64,000 bases of DNA from Bacteroidota bacterium. Its GTDB lineage: Bacteria; Bacteroidota; Bacteroidia; Bacteroidales; JAAYUG01. Positions 20,361-29,175 of this stretch are shown one piece after another (within the stretch, counting starts at the first letter, position 1; each line of letters begins with the position of its first letter). The notes beneath the pieces are model-generated. The model was not told the DNA's origin. It worked only from the letters and a program-made list of their open reading frames with translations, and ran no database searches. Where the stretch lies: assembly GCA_029571215.1 (NCBI GenBank), contig JAKPTE010000014.1, forward strand, positions 28,082 to 92,081, given 5' to 3'. A program made the translations under genes and the position numbers.

Positions 20361-21284
20361 TCAGTCAATATATTCTTCCCGAACAATAAACAGTGGCCGA
20401 CGGCGGGTTTCATCGTAGATACGTACCATGTACTCACCGATAAGACCCAGGGCAACAAGCTGTACTCCGCTGAATAACGATATAAAAATAATGAGGGTTG
20501 TAAAACCTTGCGGAACGTCACCGTAGACGTATTTCTTTACCAGAGTGATGACAATATATATAATGGAAATTAAAACAACTGTCAGTCCCAACCTGCTGAT
20601 CAGACGAACCGGATACTCACTGAAGCTGAAAATTCCGTTAAAAGCCAAACGCAAAAGTTTTCTCAGCGTATACTTAGGTTCTCCTCCCTGTCGGCGATCC
20701 CTGTCATACTCAAGTCCGATCTGCCTGAATCCAAGCCATGAACGAATTCCCCGGATATAAAGGCTTTGCTCCCGCATGTTTATCAGATGCCTGATTACCG
20801 TATTCCTCATCAGGGCAAAGTCGCCGCTATCGAGCGGAATATAGATGTTCGACATCCGTTTGAAAATCCTGTAATAGGCCCAGTAAATCATCCGTTTTGG
20901 AAAAGACTCCTTTCTTTTCTTTCTTATGGCATAAACCACATCGTATCCTTCTTCCGCCTTGGCCAGAAACTCGCCCAGAAGCTCCGGAGGATCCTGCAGA
21001 TCACCGTCCATTACACCAACAAACTCTCCCCGGGCGTAGGTCAACCCGGCAAATATGGCCGCCTGATGGCCAAAATTCCTTGACAGGGAAAGAACCTTAA
21101 ACCGTTTTTCCAGAGTATGATAGTGTTTCAGTTTTTCCAGGGTTGCATCCTTACTTCCATCGTCCACACATATGATCTCATAATCTGAAGTGAGATTGTT
21201 CAAAGCCCTGGTGGTTCTTTCAAACAACTGATCAATCAGTATTTCCTCGTTGTAAACCGGTATAACCAGCGAAAGTTTTGGCAT
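20361..21284 (-). CDS. GT2 polyprenyl-phosphate glycosyltransferase (GtrB/ArnC/DPM1-like)
   Basis: The track ORF runs to 21368; ATG 21284 gives MPKLSLVIPVYNEE, the usual N-terminus for this family. Has VDDGSKD, DGDLQDPPE and two C-terminal TM helices. Confidence 0.8.
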   Translation of the reverse strand: MPKLSLVIPVYNEEILIDQLFERTTRALNNLTSDYEIICVDDGSKDATLEKLKHYHTLEKRFKVLSLSRNFGHQAAIFAGLTYARGEFVGVMDGDLQDPPELLGEFLAKAEEGYDVVYAIRKKRKESFPKRMIYWAYYRIFKRMSNIYIPLDSGDFALMRNTVIRHLINMREQSLYIRGIRSWLGFRQIGLEYDRDRRQGGEPKYTLRKLLRLAFNGIFSFSEYPVRLISRLGLTVVLISIIYIVITLVKKYVYGDVPQGFTTLIIFISLFSGVQLVALGLIGEYMVRIYDETRRRPLFIVREEYID

Positions 21285-21417
21285 CTGCACATTAATAAAT
21301 AAGCAAAGATAATACATGAACTCATCCTGACAAAACACCTGACTCTCCATTTCAGGCAAGAGGAACATCCATGCATATTCACCTGTCTATGTGCCGGATG
21401 CGATATTTTATGCTCTT

Positions 21418-21449
21418 TTTGTACCTTACTTTTCTTTTTATTAATTTTG
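21418..21449 (+). promoter_or_regulatory. Consensus Bacteroidota promoter (TTTG-N20-TAATTTTG) driving tRNA-Arg
   Basis: TTTG at 21418-21421, a 20-nt spacer, then TAATTTTG at 21442-21449. The mature tRNA 5' end is 10 nt further downstream. Confidence 0.55.
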
Positions 21450-21459
21450 CATCACTATT

Positions 21460-21533
21460 GGTCCCGTAGTTCAATTGGATAGAATATCAGATTCCGGTTC
21501 TGAGGGTTGGGGGTTCGAGTCCCTCCGGGATCA
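21460..21533 (+). tRNA. tRNA-Arg (anticodon CCG)
   Basis: Hand-folded 74-nt cloverleaf. Acceptor GGTCCCG/CGGGATC; anticodon stem TCAGA/TCTGA with loop TTCCGGT; T arm GGGGG-TTCGAGT-CCCTC. CCA is not encoded. Confidence 0.9.
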
Positions 21534-21553
21534 CTAAACATAAGAAAAACACA

Positions 21554-21586
21554 AGAGGGAGATTCTTCCAAATCTCCCTCTTTTTC
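21554..21586 (+). terminator. Rho-independent terminator after tRNA-Arg
   Basis: Perfect 10-bp stem AGAGGGAGAT/ATCTCCCTCT with an 8-nt loop, followed by TTTTC. Confidence 0.6.
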
Positions 21587-21613
21587 ATGTAACCAACCTG
21601 TTACCAACCAAAA

Positions 21614-21637
21614 CTAACCTAACTACTAACCTAACTA
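21614..21637. repeat. Tandem duplication of the 12-mer CTAACCTAACTA inside an AACC/TAAC-rich low-complexity tract
   Basis: CTAACCTAACTA at 21614-21625 and again at 21626-21637. The surrounding 21591-21660 is built from AACC, TAAC and CTAAC units. Confidence 0.8.
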
Positions 21638-21875
21638 ACCATTTAACCTGTTTTTTTACCCTTTTTATTATTAGACGCAAAAACAGAGAAAATATTGCGG
21701 CATATATCTTTTATTTAACAACCTTTAACATCTTTCTTCACTTTATTAAACGTATGGGTACATAAAAAGTTTAATTTTTACACAAATTGGTAAAAATCAT
21801 AGATAAATATCTGTTATCTGTCCATAAAATAAATTTCCCCTCATAATGTGAGCTTTGCTTTGTATTTTTGTGTAC

Positions 21876-23579
21876 ATGAGCAACAAAGTTTTATCTGGCA
21901 GTTATCTGCTGATTCTGGCTGTTGTTACGGGAATTGCATATTTTATCAATTTGGGTTACAACGATATATGGAACCCCAATGAAGGCTTTTACGCCGATGC
22001 TGTCCGTCATCTTCTTCAAAACAATAATTGGCTGGATTTCTTTTTCAATAATGAATACCGTTTCAATAAACCTCCCGTGACATATTGGTTAATTGCCTTG
22101 AGTTGCAGATTGTTCGGTCTAAGCGAGTTTTCTATCCGGCTTCCTATTGTTCTCTTCGCCATTGGAACTTGTTTTCTAACAGGCTTTATTAGTAGCATAC
22201 TTTTCGGAAGGAAGACGGCCCTTTGGAGTGGTTTGGTTATGGCAGTAAGCTTTCAGTTTCTCATTAACACCCGCTATGCTACCCCGGAAATTCCCCTTAC
22301 TTTCTTCTTCACACTTACCATGTACTTCTTTGTCAGGTATATTGCATACCGCAAACCATCTGACCTGTGGCCCGTATGGATTTTTCTGGGTGTTACGATG
22401 CTTGTTAAAGGGTATCCTTACCTGATTATCATTCTGGCCATTTTATTATCCTATGCATTTTCCCTTACGGGAAGAAACTTCAAAAGCCTTTTTCATGAAC
22501 TGAAACATTACAGGATGATAACCGGAATAGTGATTGCACTTATTATAGGTATGAGCTGGCCTTTCTATTCATGGCTAAAATTCGGAAACGATTTTCTCCA
22601 TGTGCTGGATACCGAAACAACTTACCGTGCATTCCGTTACCAGGCTGACTGGTTCAGCGATCTTTTCTTTTTCCCTCTTGTTATGCTCTGGGGATTTCTC
22701 CCATATTCCCCAGTCTTTATCCCAGTAGCTGTTGCTTCTGCCATCAGAGCTGATTACCGGAAGGAATTACTTTTTCCTCTTGTTTGGGTAGCAGTAATGC
22801 TCGTAACTTTCACGATTGCAAGGTTCAAATTACCCACATATTTCATCCAGGCCCATCCTGCCATGGCGGTCATCACAGGCTGGTACCTTAGCCAATCGCG
22901 GTTTTCTGATGGATTTGAACGTTGGATACAGCGTCTGGGAATTCTTCTGCCGGGCGCAGTTCTTTTACTGGTTTTTCTTGCCATTATTTTTTTGCTAAAT
23001 ACCAGCCGGTTCTTTTTGCTTCTTCTCCTTCTTCCTTCGTCAGCTCTTATTTTCAGTTACAAAAGCCCTGACAAACGAAGGTTTATCTTCACTTTTCCTA
23101 TAACTGCACTGATAGCTCTGTTTATACTGTTTGCCGGAGGGATACTTCCTTCTATGGAAAAAGTCAGACCGTATAAAGCAATTGGAGAAGCAATACGATC
23201 GAACTCGAAAGGAAAAAACAGTTATGTTTTTCTCGAGAACCGGTTTCTTCACAATCTCCCTTATTATAGCAGGCAAAAGGTAGCTTCCATTGGTTCAGGG
23301 GCCCTGCAAAAAATTTCCATCCAGGTACCTTATTTTCTTCTTGCGGAAAAAACCGATACTATAAAAACAAATACAACTCTTCTTCTTTGGGAAGGGATTG
23401 TGTATAACAGGAACTCCGAGGCAGCCTTTTTCCCCTTTCTCATTAGTTATTATCATTATCTTCACAGAGATAGTTCGGGCTTTAAAAAATACCGTCTGTT
23501 GATGGTTTGTCCGACGAAAGAAGCTATTCCTGAAAAAATGCCTGAAAAAGACAAACAAACATGGACAAGGTTTCCGTAG
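21876..23579 (+). CDS. ArnT/PMT_2-like GT-C glycosyltransferase (GT39/GT83-like)
   Basis: The track starts at TTG 21855; ATG 21876 gives MSNKVLSGSYLLILAVV. After TM1 it has IWNPNEGFYADAVRHL and FNKPPVTYWL, resembling the ArnT/PMT_2 first-loop and KPPL motifs. Polytopic throughout with a C-terminal soluble part. Confidence 0.75.
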   Translation: MSNKVLSGSYLLILAVVTGIAYFINLGYNDIWNPNEGFYADAVRHLLQNNNWLDFFFNNEYRFNKPPVTYWLIALSCRLFGLSEFSIRLPIVLFAIGTCFLTGFISSILFGRKTALWSGLVMAVSFQFLINTRYATPEIPLTFFFTLTMYFFVRYIAYRKPSDLWPVWIFLGVTMLVKGYPYLIIILAILLSYAFSLTGRNFKSLFHELKHYRMITGIVIALIIGMSWPFYSWLKFGNDFLHVLDTETTYRAFRYQADWFSDLFFFPLVMLWGFLPYSPVFIPVAVASAIRADYRKELLFPLVWVAVMLVTFTIARFKLPTYFIQAHPAMAVITGWYLSQSRFSDGFERWIQRLGILLPGAVLLLVFLAIIFLLNTSRFFLLLLLLPSSALIFSYKSPDKRRFIFTFPITALIALFILFAGGILPSMEKVRPYKAIGEAIRSNSKGKNSYVFLENRFLHNLPYYSRQKVASIGSGALQKISIQVPYFLLAEKTDTIKTNTTLLLWEGIVYNRNSEAAFFPFLISYYHYLHRDSSGFKKYRLLMVCPTKEAIPEKMPEKDKQTWTRFP

Positions 23580-24505
23580 TTGTACCGGTTTATAATGAAG
23601 AGGATAACATAATTCCTCTGTCAGAGGCCTTGCACAAAGCGCTTCAGGGATATGATTTCGAGATTATTTTCATTGATGACGGCTCTGATGACCATACTGC
23701 AGAGAAAATACAATCGTTGAAAAAGAAAACTATTACGCTGATTGAATTCACAAAGAATTTCGGCCAGAGTCTGGCGATGGCGGCTGGTATTGCTTATGCT
23801 AAGGGAGATTTTATTGTGACCATTGACGGAGATTTACAGAATGATCCTGCCAACATACCCGGAATGCTGAAAAAACTGAAAGAAGAAGAATGGGATATGG
23901 TTGCCGGATACCGGCAAAAGAGAAAAGATCCTTTTGTTACTCGAATTCTACCCAGCCGGATTGCCAACTTTTTCATCCGCATGCTGACAGGTGTTCACTT
24001 CAGGGATTACGGGTGTACCCTGAAGGTTTTCCGAGCTGAATTGGCAAAGCAGTTAGAACTATATGGAGAACTTCACCGGTTTATCCCTGTGTTGGCAGCA
24101 TTTGAAGGAGCCCGTATCACCCAGATGCCGGTAAACCATCTCCCCAGGCATTCAGGCAATTCCAAATATGGCCTGGGAAGAACGTTCAGAGTTCTGAGCG
24201 ATTTGTTGTTCATCCTGTTTTTGAAAAAGTATTTTCTCAGGCCTATGCATCTTTTTGGGACAACAGGAGTAATAATTCTTCTTGCAGGGGTATTTATCAA
24301 TCTGTATCTCCTGGGAATAAAAATAATGGGAAATGACATCTGGGGAAAGCCGCTTCTGTTTCTTGCCGTTCTTCTTGTCATCGGAGGCATTCAGCTGATA
24401 ACCATTGGTATCTTTGCCGAATTCCTTATGCGTATTTATTTCCGTTCATCGGATAAACCACCATATAGGATCAAAAGGATATCGAAGGGGATCCAGGAAG
24501 AATGA
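23561..24505 (+). CDS. GT2 polyprenyl-phosphate glycosyltransferase (GtrB/ArnC-like)
   Basis: 314 aa with VVPVYNEE, IDDGSDD, DGDLQNDPA and two C-terminal TM helices. Its start overlaps the upstream GT-C gene by 19 nt. Confidence 0.8.
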   Translation: MDKVSVVVPVYNEEDNIIPLSEALHKALQGYDFEIIFIDDGSDDHTAEKIQSLKKKTITLIEFTKNFGQSLAMAAGIAYAKGDFIVTIDGDLQNDPANIPGMLKKLKEEEWDMVAGYRQKRKDPFVTRILPSRIANFFIRMLTGVHFRDYGCTLKVFRAELAKQLELYGELHRFIPVLAAFEGARITQMPVNHLPRHSGNSKYGLGRTFRVLSDLLFILFLKKYFLRPMHLFGTTGVIILLAGVFINLYLLGIKIMGNDIWGKPLLFLAVLLVIGGIQLITIGIFAEFLMRIYFRSSDKPPYRIKRISKGIQEE

Positions 24506-24650
24506 AAACAGGATTTCGAAAGAAGTGATAACAGACAAATCTGTTTAAGGTTGGTTTGGCACCGACTTTGGGTTAACCCTGCTGAAATGCAATGAAAGTG
24601 GTCCAGAGCCACTGGACAATGCAGAATTGCCAAAAAATATCTAAATAAAA

Positions 24651-24681
24651 AAAAGACAGATGCTTATTGCATCCGTCTTTT
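24651..24681. terminator. Bidirectional terminator hairpin between convergent GT2 and exbD genes
   Basis: AAAAGACAGATGC-TTATT-GCATCCGTCTTTT: a 13-bp stem with one A/C mismatch. It has an A-run 5' and a T-run 3', so it is U-rich on both strands. Confidence 0.5.
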
Positions 24682-24704
24682 CCTATAAAAATTAGTTTGC
24701 AGCC

Positions 24705-25172
24705 TTATTTCAGGTAACTATCATCCTTACGTCCTGAATAGTTAATCTTCAGAGCACTGGCACGACGCAGAGCCTGCTTCACATCTGTTACGATTCCCAT
24801 TTTTACATCTTTGTCAATTTTTAAGGAAACCGTCATTTTAGCTTGATCGGCCTCACTCTTTTGTGCCCGTTCCGAGGCAATAAAATCACGGATATCATCA
24901 ACTTCCTTGAAAGTGTCGTTTAACTGAATCCGTGGTTCGGTTCCATACATTTTTTCGTTAGTCGGACGACCAATATAAATGTAACTGACAAGCGACTTGT
25001 TCTCTATTTTCTTCACTTCGGTAGCCCCGGGAACATGTATCTTAACTTTCAGTGAGGCACTTCTGAAGGTAGTAGTTACCATGAAAAAGAACAGAAGCAT
25101 AAAGACAATATCTGACATGGATGACAGATTCATTCTTGCCTTGCGGCTTCCTTTCTTACGAAAAACAGCCAT
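24705..25172 (-). CDS. exbD: Biopolymer transport protein ExbD/TolR
   Basis: 155 aa with the N-terminal motif SMSDIVFMLLFFFMVTTTF typical of ExbD/TolR. Confidence 0.85.
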   Translation of the reverse strand: MAVFRKKGSRKARMNLSSMSDIVFMLLFFFMVTTTFRSASLKVKIHVPGATEVKKIENKSLVSYIYIGRPTNEKMYGTEPRIQLNDTFKEVDDIRDFIASERAQKSEADQAKMTVSLKIDKDVKMGIVTDVKQALRRASALKINYSGRKDDSYLK

Positions 25173-25192
25173 GGTTGATTCCTCCTAATTTG

Positions 25193-25783
25193 TTATTTGC
25201 GACCTTTACCTGCACCAATATTCTTCGGTTCTGCTTCCGAGATCATAACAGGGACATATTGCTTAATAGCATTTTGTTGATCTTCGGGCAGGTCATCGAA
25301 GTGCTTGTTAAACTTTTGCATGGCAATCTGGTCTTTGATTTCATTACCAGCTGCCGTAAGTTCATTCTGCACTTCAAGGTACTTACCGTATGATGTTCCC
25401 CTGTCATTCTGCAAGGAAATAACGCCTTTGCTTACACGAACCTTTCCAAAATATGGAATATCCTTTTCTTCCTTTTCGGGTAGATTCGGTAAATCTTCCG
25501 GATTCAGGAGGAACTCCTTGGTCTTTTCCCGCAATTGCCGGATATCCATGGGTTCACCCTCTACCAGGAGCTGATCTTTGGCATTCACCAGAACAACAAA
25601 CACATTCCTCTCCTTTACCTTGCTTTCTGACTTTTCCTGTTTTTCTACAATAGGAGGCAACATACGGATAATACCTTTATCAGTATCGAATGTTGTTGTT
25701 ACCAGGAAGAAAATAAGAAGCAGAAAAGCAATATCAGCAGAAGATCCTGTATTGAGTTCCGGCATTTCAGGAGCTTTTCTCAT
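25193..25783 (-). CDS. exbD: Biopolymer transport protein ExbD/TolR (long form)
   Basis: 196 aa with SSADIAFLLLIFFLVTTTF. It is the second ExbD paralogue in the operon. Confidence 0.85.
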   Translation of the reverse strand: MRKAPEMPELNTGSSADIAFLLLIFFLVTTTFDTDKGIIRMLPPIVEKQEKSESKVKERNVFVVLVNAKDQLLVEGEPMDIRQLREKTKEFLLNPEDLPNLPEKEEKDIPYFGKVRVSKGVISLQNDRGTSYGKYLEVQNELTAAGNEIKDQIAMQKFNKHFDDLPEDQQNAIKQYVPVMISEAEPKNIGAGKGRK

Positions 25784-25794
25784 AGTACCTTTTT

Positions 25795-26235
25795 TTAGAT
25801 CAAATATCTTCTGATTTCAGAATAGACGATAGCCAGCAGTGCTCCAGCAAAAGCAATATACATCAGGAACAAGCCGGTATCGACGAGTTTGAGCACCCAG
25901 GGAACATTGTCACTCCCCGCATAATTAAGCAATGGCAATACATCTCCCTTTGCAAAATAGTAACAAATCCCGGTAACAATTGCCAAACCAATTACAACAA
26001 TCAGGTTTCTAACCAGATTTTTCGGATTGGATACTACATGGAGAATAGGGAAAATAATTGCCAGAACAACGGCAAGAATAATTACCAGGTATGTATACTT
26101 AAGTGCAAGGGAAGTAATTTGCGGATCAATATTCCCTTGGGGGGTATACTTTGCAGGGCCCAGATAAAAAAGCAACCCGATTACAACAGCCGCTGCAATA
26201 AGTATATAATACAGAAACTTAGCCAGACGAATCAT
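25795..26235 (-). CDS. Small four-TM membrane protein of unknown function within the exbB-exbD operon
   Basis: 146 aa with four hydrophobic segments and no motif I recognise. It sits tightly between exbB and exbD. Confidence 0.6.
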   Translation of the reverse strand: MIRLAKFLYYILIAAAVVIGLLFYLGPAKYTPQGNIDPQITSLALKYTYLVIILAVVLAIIFPILHVVSNPKNLVRNLIVVIGLAIVTGICYYFAKGDVLPLLNYAGSDNVPWVLKLVDTGLFLMYIAFAGALLAIVYSEIRRYLI

Positions 26236-26239
26236 GGTA

Positions 26240-27028
26240 TTATTTTTTGGTATATTTTACAATCATATCAACCAGAGAAATAGATGCATCTTCCATGGTA
26301 TTCACTATGCTTTCCACTTTTGCAAGCAGGTAGTTGTAAAATACCTGGAGAATAATAGCTACGATAAGACCTCCTACGGTAGTGATAAGGGCAACCTTCA
26401 TACCACCGGCAACAATTGTCGGAGAAACGTCACCTGCTTTAGCAATATCGTCGAAGGCCATAACCATACCTACTACTGTTCCGAGGAAGCCGAGCATTGG
26501 TGCGATAGCAATGAAAAGGGTTACCCAGCTAAGTCCTTTTTCGAGAAGCCCCATTTGTACTGAGCCATAGGAAACCACAGATTTCTCAACCACATCAACA
26601 CCTTCGTTCACACGGTCAAGACCCTGGTAAAAAATGCTGGCTACCGGACCACGGGTATTGCGGCATACTTCCTTGGCGGCTTCCACCCCACCATTGTTCA
26701 AGGCATCTTCTATCCTCTTCAGCAACTTGTCGGTATTGGTAGTTGCAAGGTTCAGATAAATAGTACGTTCAATAACGATAGCAAGACCCAGAATAAGACA
26801 GAGCAAAATAGGAGCCATCCAGGGAGCACCTCCCTCGATGAATTTTTCCTTCAGCATCTGATGGAGGGTTTTCCCTTCACTTGATGCGGCCGGACTGGCA
26901 GGAGTCTGAGCTGTAACGGCGGTAGTATCAGTTGCTTTCGCCGTGGTATCAGTCTGTCCATAAACATAACTGGCAGAGGCCATTACCATAAATCCAAGCA
27001 CTGCTGCAAACGCTAAGATTTTTTTCAT
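26240..27028 (-). CDS. exbB: MotA/TolQ/ExbB proton-channel protein
   Basis: 262 aa with a signal-like N-terminus and a Thr/Ala/Pro-rich linker, then the ExbB core (PMLGFLGTVVGMVMAF). Confidence 0.88.
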   Translation of the reverse strand: MKKILAFAAVLGFMVMASASYVYGQTDTTAKATDTTAVTAQTPASPAASSEGKTLHQMLKEKFIEGGAPWMAPILLCLILGLAIVIERTIYLNLATTNTDKLLKRIEDALNNGGVEAAKEVCRNTRGPVASIFYQGLDRVNEGVDVVEKSVVSYGSVQMGLLEKGLSWVTLFIAIAPMLGFLGTVVGMVMAFDDIAKAGDVSPTIVAGGMKVALITTVGGLIVAIILQVFYNYLLAKVESIVNTMEDASISLVDMIVKYTKK

Positions 27029-27128
27029 GTGTTTCGGTTTTAATTGTATAACGTCAGTTTACTGTAAATTTAATATTATTTGTTTTTAATATTTTCTCTG
27101 AGTTTAAATTCTTTTGCTGTAAATCCGG

Positions 27129-27219
27129 TGGCGGAGAGAGAGGGATTCGAACCCTCGAACCGCTTTTGGCGATTACACGCTCTCCAGGCGTGCGCCTTAG
27201 ACCACTCGGCCATCTCTCC
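27129..27219 (-). tRNA. tRNA-Ser (anticodon GGA), CCA encoded
   Basis: The reverse complement folds as a 91-nt type-II tRNA: GGAGAGATGGCCGAGTGGTCTAAGGCGCACGCCTGGAGAGCGTG...GGTTCGAATCCCTCTCTCTCCGCCA. Anticodon loop is CTGGAGA and it has a long variable arm. Confidence 0.9.
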
Positions 27220-27282
27220 TCTCTTCCCAGATTACATTATTTCAGGCCGCCAAATTATAAAAAAAAAACAAATAAAAGTATG

Positions 27283-28317
27283 TTACGGTGTAATTTCACC
27301 CCTTAAGGATGTTTGCATGAGCTTTTTTATGATCCGGCTGTCGTCGTATTTTCCTAAAAGCACCATGAGCTTGGTAATTGCTGCCTCGGCAGTACTGTCA
27401 TAGCCGCTTATTACCCCGGCTTTTTGCAATTCTGCCCCTGTTTCGTATAGATCCATTTCTACCTTTCCTGTTTCGCACTGAGTTACATTGACTATGATCA
27501 AGTCCCTTTCAACAGCGCTGCGGATCATCTCAATGAAACGACTGTTGCTGGGTGCATTTCCGCTACCAAAGGTTTCCATTACTACTCCCCTCAGACCGGA
27601 CAATCCCAGAATTCCTTCCACCACAGCATCGGAAATCCCGGGAAAAATTTTCAGAATAGCAAGACGGGTATCCAGATTTTTGTGCACCGTTAGTCCGAGA
27701 GATGGCCTCACGGGAAGAATTGCTGATCGGTTGTATTTAATATATACCCCCGATTCGGCGAGAGGAGGATAATTTGCAGAAACAAAGGCACGAAACTGTT
27801 CGGCACTGTTTTTATGTGTGCGGTTCCCCCGGAAAAGCATGCTTTCAAAATAAATGCAAACCTCAGGCACAATGGGGTTGCCATTGTCCTTTGCCGCTGC
27901 AATCTCTATGGCAGTGATTAAATTTTCCTTCCCGTCGGTGCGCAGGGTACCGATGGGCAGCTGAGATCCGGTAAAAACAACGGGCTTCCCCAGATTTTCC
28001 AGCATAAAGCTTAAGGCAGAAGCTGAAAAGGCCATGGTATCAGTGCCATGCAGAACAACAAAGCCGTCAAACTGATCATAGTTCTCTTCAATAATTCCCG
28101 CAATCCGTACCCAATTCTCCGGAGTTATATTAGAGGAATCAACAGGTGGATCAAATGCTATGGTATGCAAGCGAAAGCCAAACCTTTTCAGCTCCGGAAC
28201 CTGGCTGGCAATTGCACCAAAATCCATGGGAAGCAAAGCTCCTGTTTCGGGATCATGTACCATGCCAATCGTGCCACCTGTGTAAATAATCAAAACGGAT
28301 GTGTCGTTCATAGGCAA
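27283..28317 (-). CDS. ansA: L-asparaginase, type I
   Basis: 344 aa with YTGGTIGM (catalytic Thr motif) and HGTDTM. Confidence 0.9.
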   Translation of the reverse strand: MPMNDTSVLIIYTGGTIGMVHDPETGALLPMDFGAIASQVPELKRFGFRLHTIAFDPPVDSSNITPENWVRIAGIIEENYDQFDGFVVLHGTDTMAFSASALSFMLENLGKPVVFTGSQLPIGTLRTDGKENLITAIEIAAAKDNGNPIVPEVCIYFESMLFRGNRTHKNSAEQFRAFVSANYPPLAESGVYIKYNRSAILPVRPSLGLTVHKNLDTRLAILKIFPGISDAVVEGILGLSGLRGVVMETFGSGNAPSNSRFIEMIRSAVERDLIIVNVTQCETGKVEMDLYETGAELQKAGVISGYDSTAEAAITKLMVLLGKYDDSRIIKKLMQTSLRGEITP

Positions 28318-28320
28318 ATT

Positions 28321-28341
28321 GTTTCGCGTTTCGTGTTTCGT
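28321..28341. repeat. Three tandem heptamers GTTTCG[C/T] in the ansA 5' leader region
   Basis: GTTTCGC GTTTCGT GTTTCGT, followed by a degenerate G/T-rich tail to about 28370. On the ansA strand this reads (ACGAAAC)x3 and ends 3 nt before the ATG. Confidence 0.8.
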
Positions 28342-28396
28342 GTTGGTCTTCGTTTTGGGTTTTGTGCAAGACGTATTTTACAATTGCTGAATTTTG

Positions 28397-29167
28397 TTAT
28401 TCAAAGTTAAAAAGTTTCCGGGCATTTTGAGTGGTGATTTCAGCTACTTCTTCGACAGACAGGTTCACTAATTCAGCAACTCTTGCTGCGATCAGGGGAA
28501 GATAGGAAGGTTCATTCCTCTTTCCTCTGTAAGGAACAGGAGGCAGGTAGGGAGCATCCGTTTCCAGCACAACATTACTGATCCCTGTTTTTCTGATAAG
28601 AACATCCATTCCGGCATTTTTGTAAGTTACAATACCTCCTATACCCAGCATAAATCCCATATCCATTGCTTGTTTTGCCTGCTCATAGTTCCCTGTAAAA
28701 CAATGAAAAACGCCCCTGAGATCTTTTGAAACATATGGTCTGAGAATCTCCAGAAGAAGAGGAATACTGTTGCGCGAATGAACAATCAGAGGAAGCCGAT
28801 ATGTCCTGGCCCACATGATATGTTGCTCGAATGCTTTCGTTTGTTCCTTTTTAAAAGAAGTATCCCAGTACAGATCAATCCCCGTTTCTCCTATTCCGGC
28901 AAACGAGTGTTTTTGCAACCAGGTTTCAGCAAGACTCAATTCATCCTGGTAGTTTTCCTTTATTGATGTTGGATGAACTCCCATCATTGAGAAACAAGTT
29001 CCGGGGTACCGGGCCTCCAAAGTGAGCATAGGCTGAACAGAAGTACTATCAATATTGGGCAGAAAAATCTTTTTCACACCGGCTTTCGCAGAACGTTCAA
29101 TAACCTGGTCAACATCATTGGTAAACTCAGGAAGATAAATGTGGTTATGAGTATCTACAAGGACCAT
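28397..29167 (-). CDS. TatD-family metal-dependent hydrolase
   Basis: 256 aa with N-terminal VDTHNH and a TIM-barrel metal-ligand pattern typical of TatD/YcfH. Confidence 0.88.
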   Translation of the reverse strand: MVLVDTHNHIYLPEFTNDVDQVIERSAKAGVKKIFLPNIDSTSVQPMLTLEARYPGTCFSMMGVHPTSIKENYQDELSLAETWLQKHSFAGIGETGIDLYWDTSFKKEQTKAFEQHIMWARTYRLPLIVHSRNSIPLLLEILRPYVSKDLRGVFHCFTGNYEQAKQAMDMGFMLGIGGIVTYKNAGMDVLIRKTGISNVVLETDAPYLPPVPYRGKRNEPSYLPLIAARVAELVNLSVEEVAEITTQNARKLFNFE

Positions 29168-29175
29168 AAAAAATA

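Noticed and set aside
21285-21875. tRNA-Arg-adjacent AT-rich region considered as a genomic-island or prophage attachment site
   Set aside because: There is no integrase, excisionase or transposase anywhere in the window, and I could not find a direct repeat of the tRNA 3' end. The tRNA has its own promoter and terminator. I kept only a low-interest note on the tandem 12-mer.
24557-24571. TGGCAC-CGACT-TTGG downstream of the second GT2 as a sigma-54 promoter
   Set aside because: The -12 element reads TTGG rather than TTGC, and there is no + strand gene downstream because the next genes are convergent.
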